From Eledone cirrhosa (Eukaryota): DNA of 64,000 nucleotides. Both the position numbers and the translations under genes were made by a program. The notes beneath the pieces are model-generated. The model was given only the letters and a program-made list of their open reading frames with translations. It made no database searches and was not told where the DNA came from. Every line of letters starts with the position of its first letter. Positions within the stretch are counted from its first letter, which is position 1. This document shows positions 62,490 through 64,000 of this stretch, piece after piece. Where the stretch lies: assembly GCA_964016885.1 (NCBI GenBank), contig OZ024741.1:320416001-320480000 (forward strand), read 5' to 3'.

Positions 62490-62790
62490 TAATTACGGTA
62501 TGTACCCATTTCTTCTAACTTTAAATTTATACGTAATTGTGTATGGTTGACGGTATATTTGGTCAGTTTCTACATGCTGTTGAAATGTTGGGTAAATACT
62601 CTATTGTGGTCAACCGCGAAGAGGCTGCTTTCGGTTATTTATCAAATATTTCTTCATAGGAGCCTTTATTCTTATATCCTGGTCTAATTGATTTTTTATA
62701 TGGTTAATTATGCTAATTGGGAGAGGAAATGGTATATATTTTAGCTAATAATTCTATGGACATGATTTATGATATATATATATATATATA

Positions 62791-62935
<145 letters not shown>

Positions 62936-63236
62936 ATATACACATATATATATACATACATACATATATAAATATGTAGACATGAATATGTGTGTGTGTG
63001 TCTGTGTATATGTGTATGTGTGTATGTGAGTGTGTTTGTGCGTGCGTACACAAACCCATATATTTGTCGTGCTGATGTGTTACAAATGAATATCTACTTG
63101 AAGTAATAGTAGTAGTGGATATCAATATTTCAATATACTGTCAGCCTCAAAACATATTCCAACTATGCTCCACTATCATATAATATTTCTCGCTTTCATC
63201 CGCTTATTTTTATTTTTGTTTGTTTATATATATATG

Positions 63237-63313
<77 letters not shown>

Positions 63314-63620
63314 ATTATTTTTCAGCAGATGTTTAGGCCTTTTATCCCCTACAACTGGGATGTAGAAATATAGTCAGACCACTGGACCATTGATGATCTA
63401 TTTGGTGTTGCTGCTACAGTTGCTGTTACTGCAATTGTTGATATTGTTGTGTCGTTGTTATTGTTCTTATTGCCGCTATAATGCCGACACTACAGTATTC
63501 TGCTAAGAGGAGAAAGGACAATTGATTGAAACATGCCACCATCGCCCGACATCAAATTCCAATCGTGAAAAAAAAAATCTCTACATAAACAGACCGACAC
63601 AATGGCCTTAGTCGACTTAT

Positions 63621-63633
63621 GGCCGCCATCTTT
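63621..63633 (-). promoter_or_regulatory. YY1-type motif AAGATGGCGGCC in a locally CpG-richer patch
   Basis: Exact match to the YY1 consensus; it doubles as a good ATG context. Confidence 0.3.
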
Positions 63634-63835
63634 TATCTTACATTTCATTACATCCATTATAACATCATATCTCGCCTTTCTTAAAAATGAAAACTTTTAA
63701 TATTATCTCTTTGTCTTTCAATCCTCATCTTTATCTTTCACCTTCTCTATCGATCTTCCTTCTTTTTCTCGAACGTATTATTGTTGTTTTTGTTGTTGTT
63801 TTGTTGATGATCTTCAGTTTGTTGTTGTTGTTTTT

Positions 63836-63874
<39 letters not shown>

Positions 63875-64000
63875 CTTCTTCTTCTTCTTCTTCTTCTTCT
63901 TCTTCTTCTTCTTCTTCTTCTTCTTCTTCTTCTTCTTCTTCTTCTTCTTCTTCATTGTGAAACAGGAAGGATGCATTGTCAGAGCTACGAGATGTGCTCA

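Overview
This is AT-rich, microsatellite-saturated animal DNA; the SINE and LINE repertoire suggests a cephalopod (octopus), which is an inference. Most ORFs in the supplied track are translations of simple repeats. The recognisable content is almost all mobile DNA: (1) an apparently intact, full-length L1/Tx1-type LINE (38113-43843, minus) sitting in a (GATA)n tract; (2) RTE-type LINE fragments, one with three C2H2 fingers and a twin-priming 5' inversion, plus short partner elements in (TATG)n; (3) many Penelope-like (GIY-YIG/RT) fragments; (4) a dead Tc1/mariner, Helitron-type non-autonomous elements and more than a dozen tRNA-SINE copies. The most striking unannotated signal is about ten fold-back (inverted-repeat) insertions from unrelated families, mostly bounded by (TA)n. 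Most carry a type I hammerhead ribozyme fold, and independent copies of a family reuse the same two end points. Also notable are a 657-bp non-coding hammerhead element with terminal direct repeats (retrozyme-like) and a 71-bp tandem array of hairpins with apparent compensatory changes. Host-gene evidence is limited to two weak candidate exons and one YY1-like motif. All structures were read by eye; no folding or database search was run.
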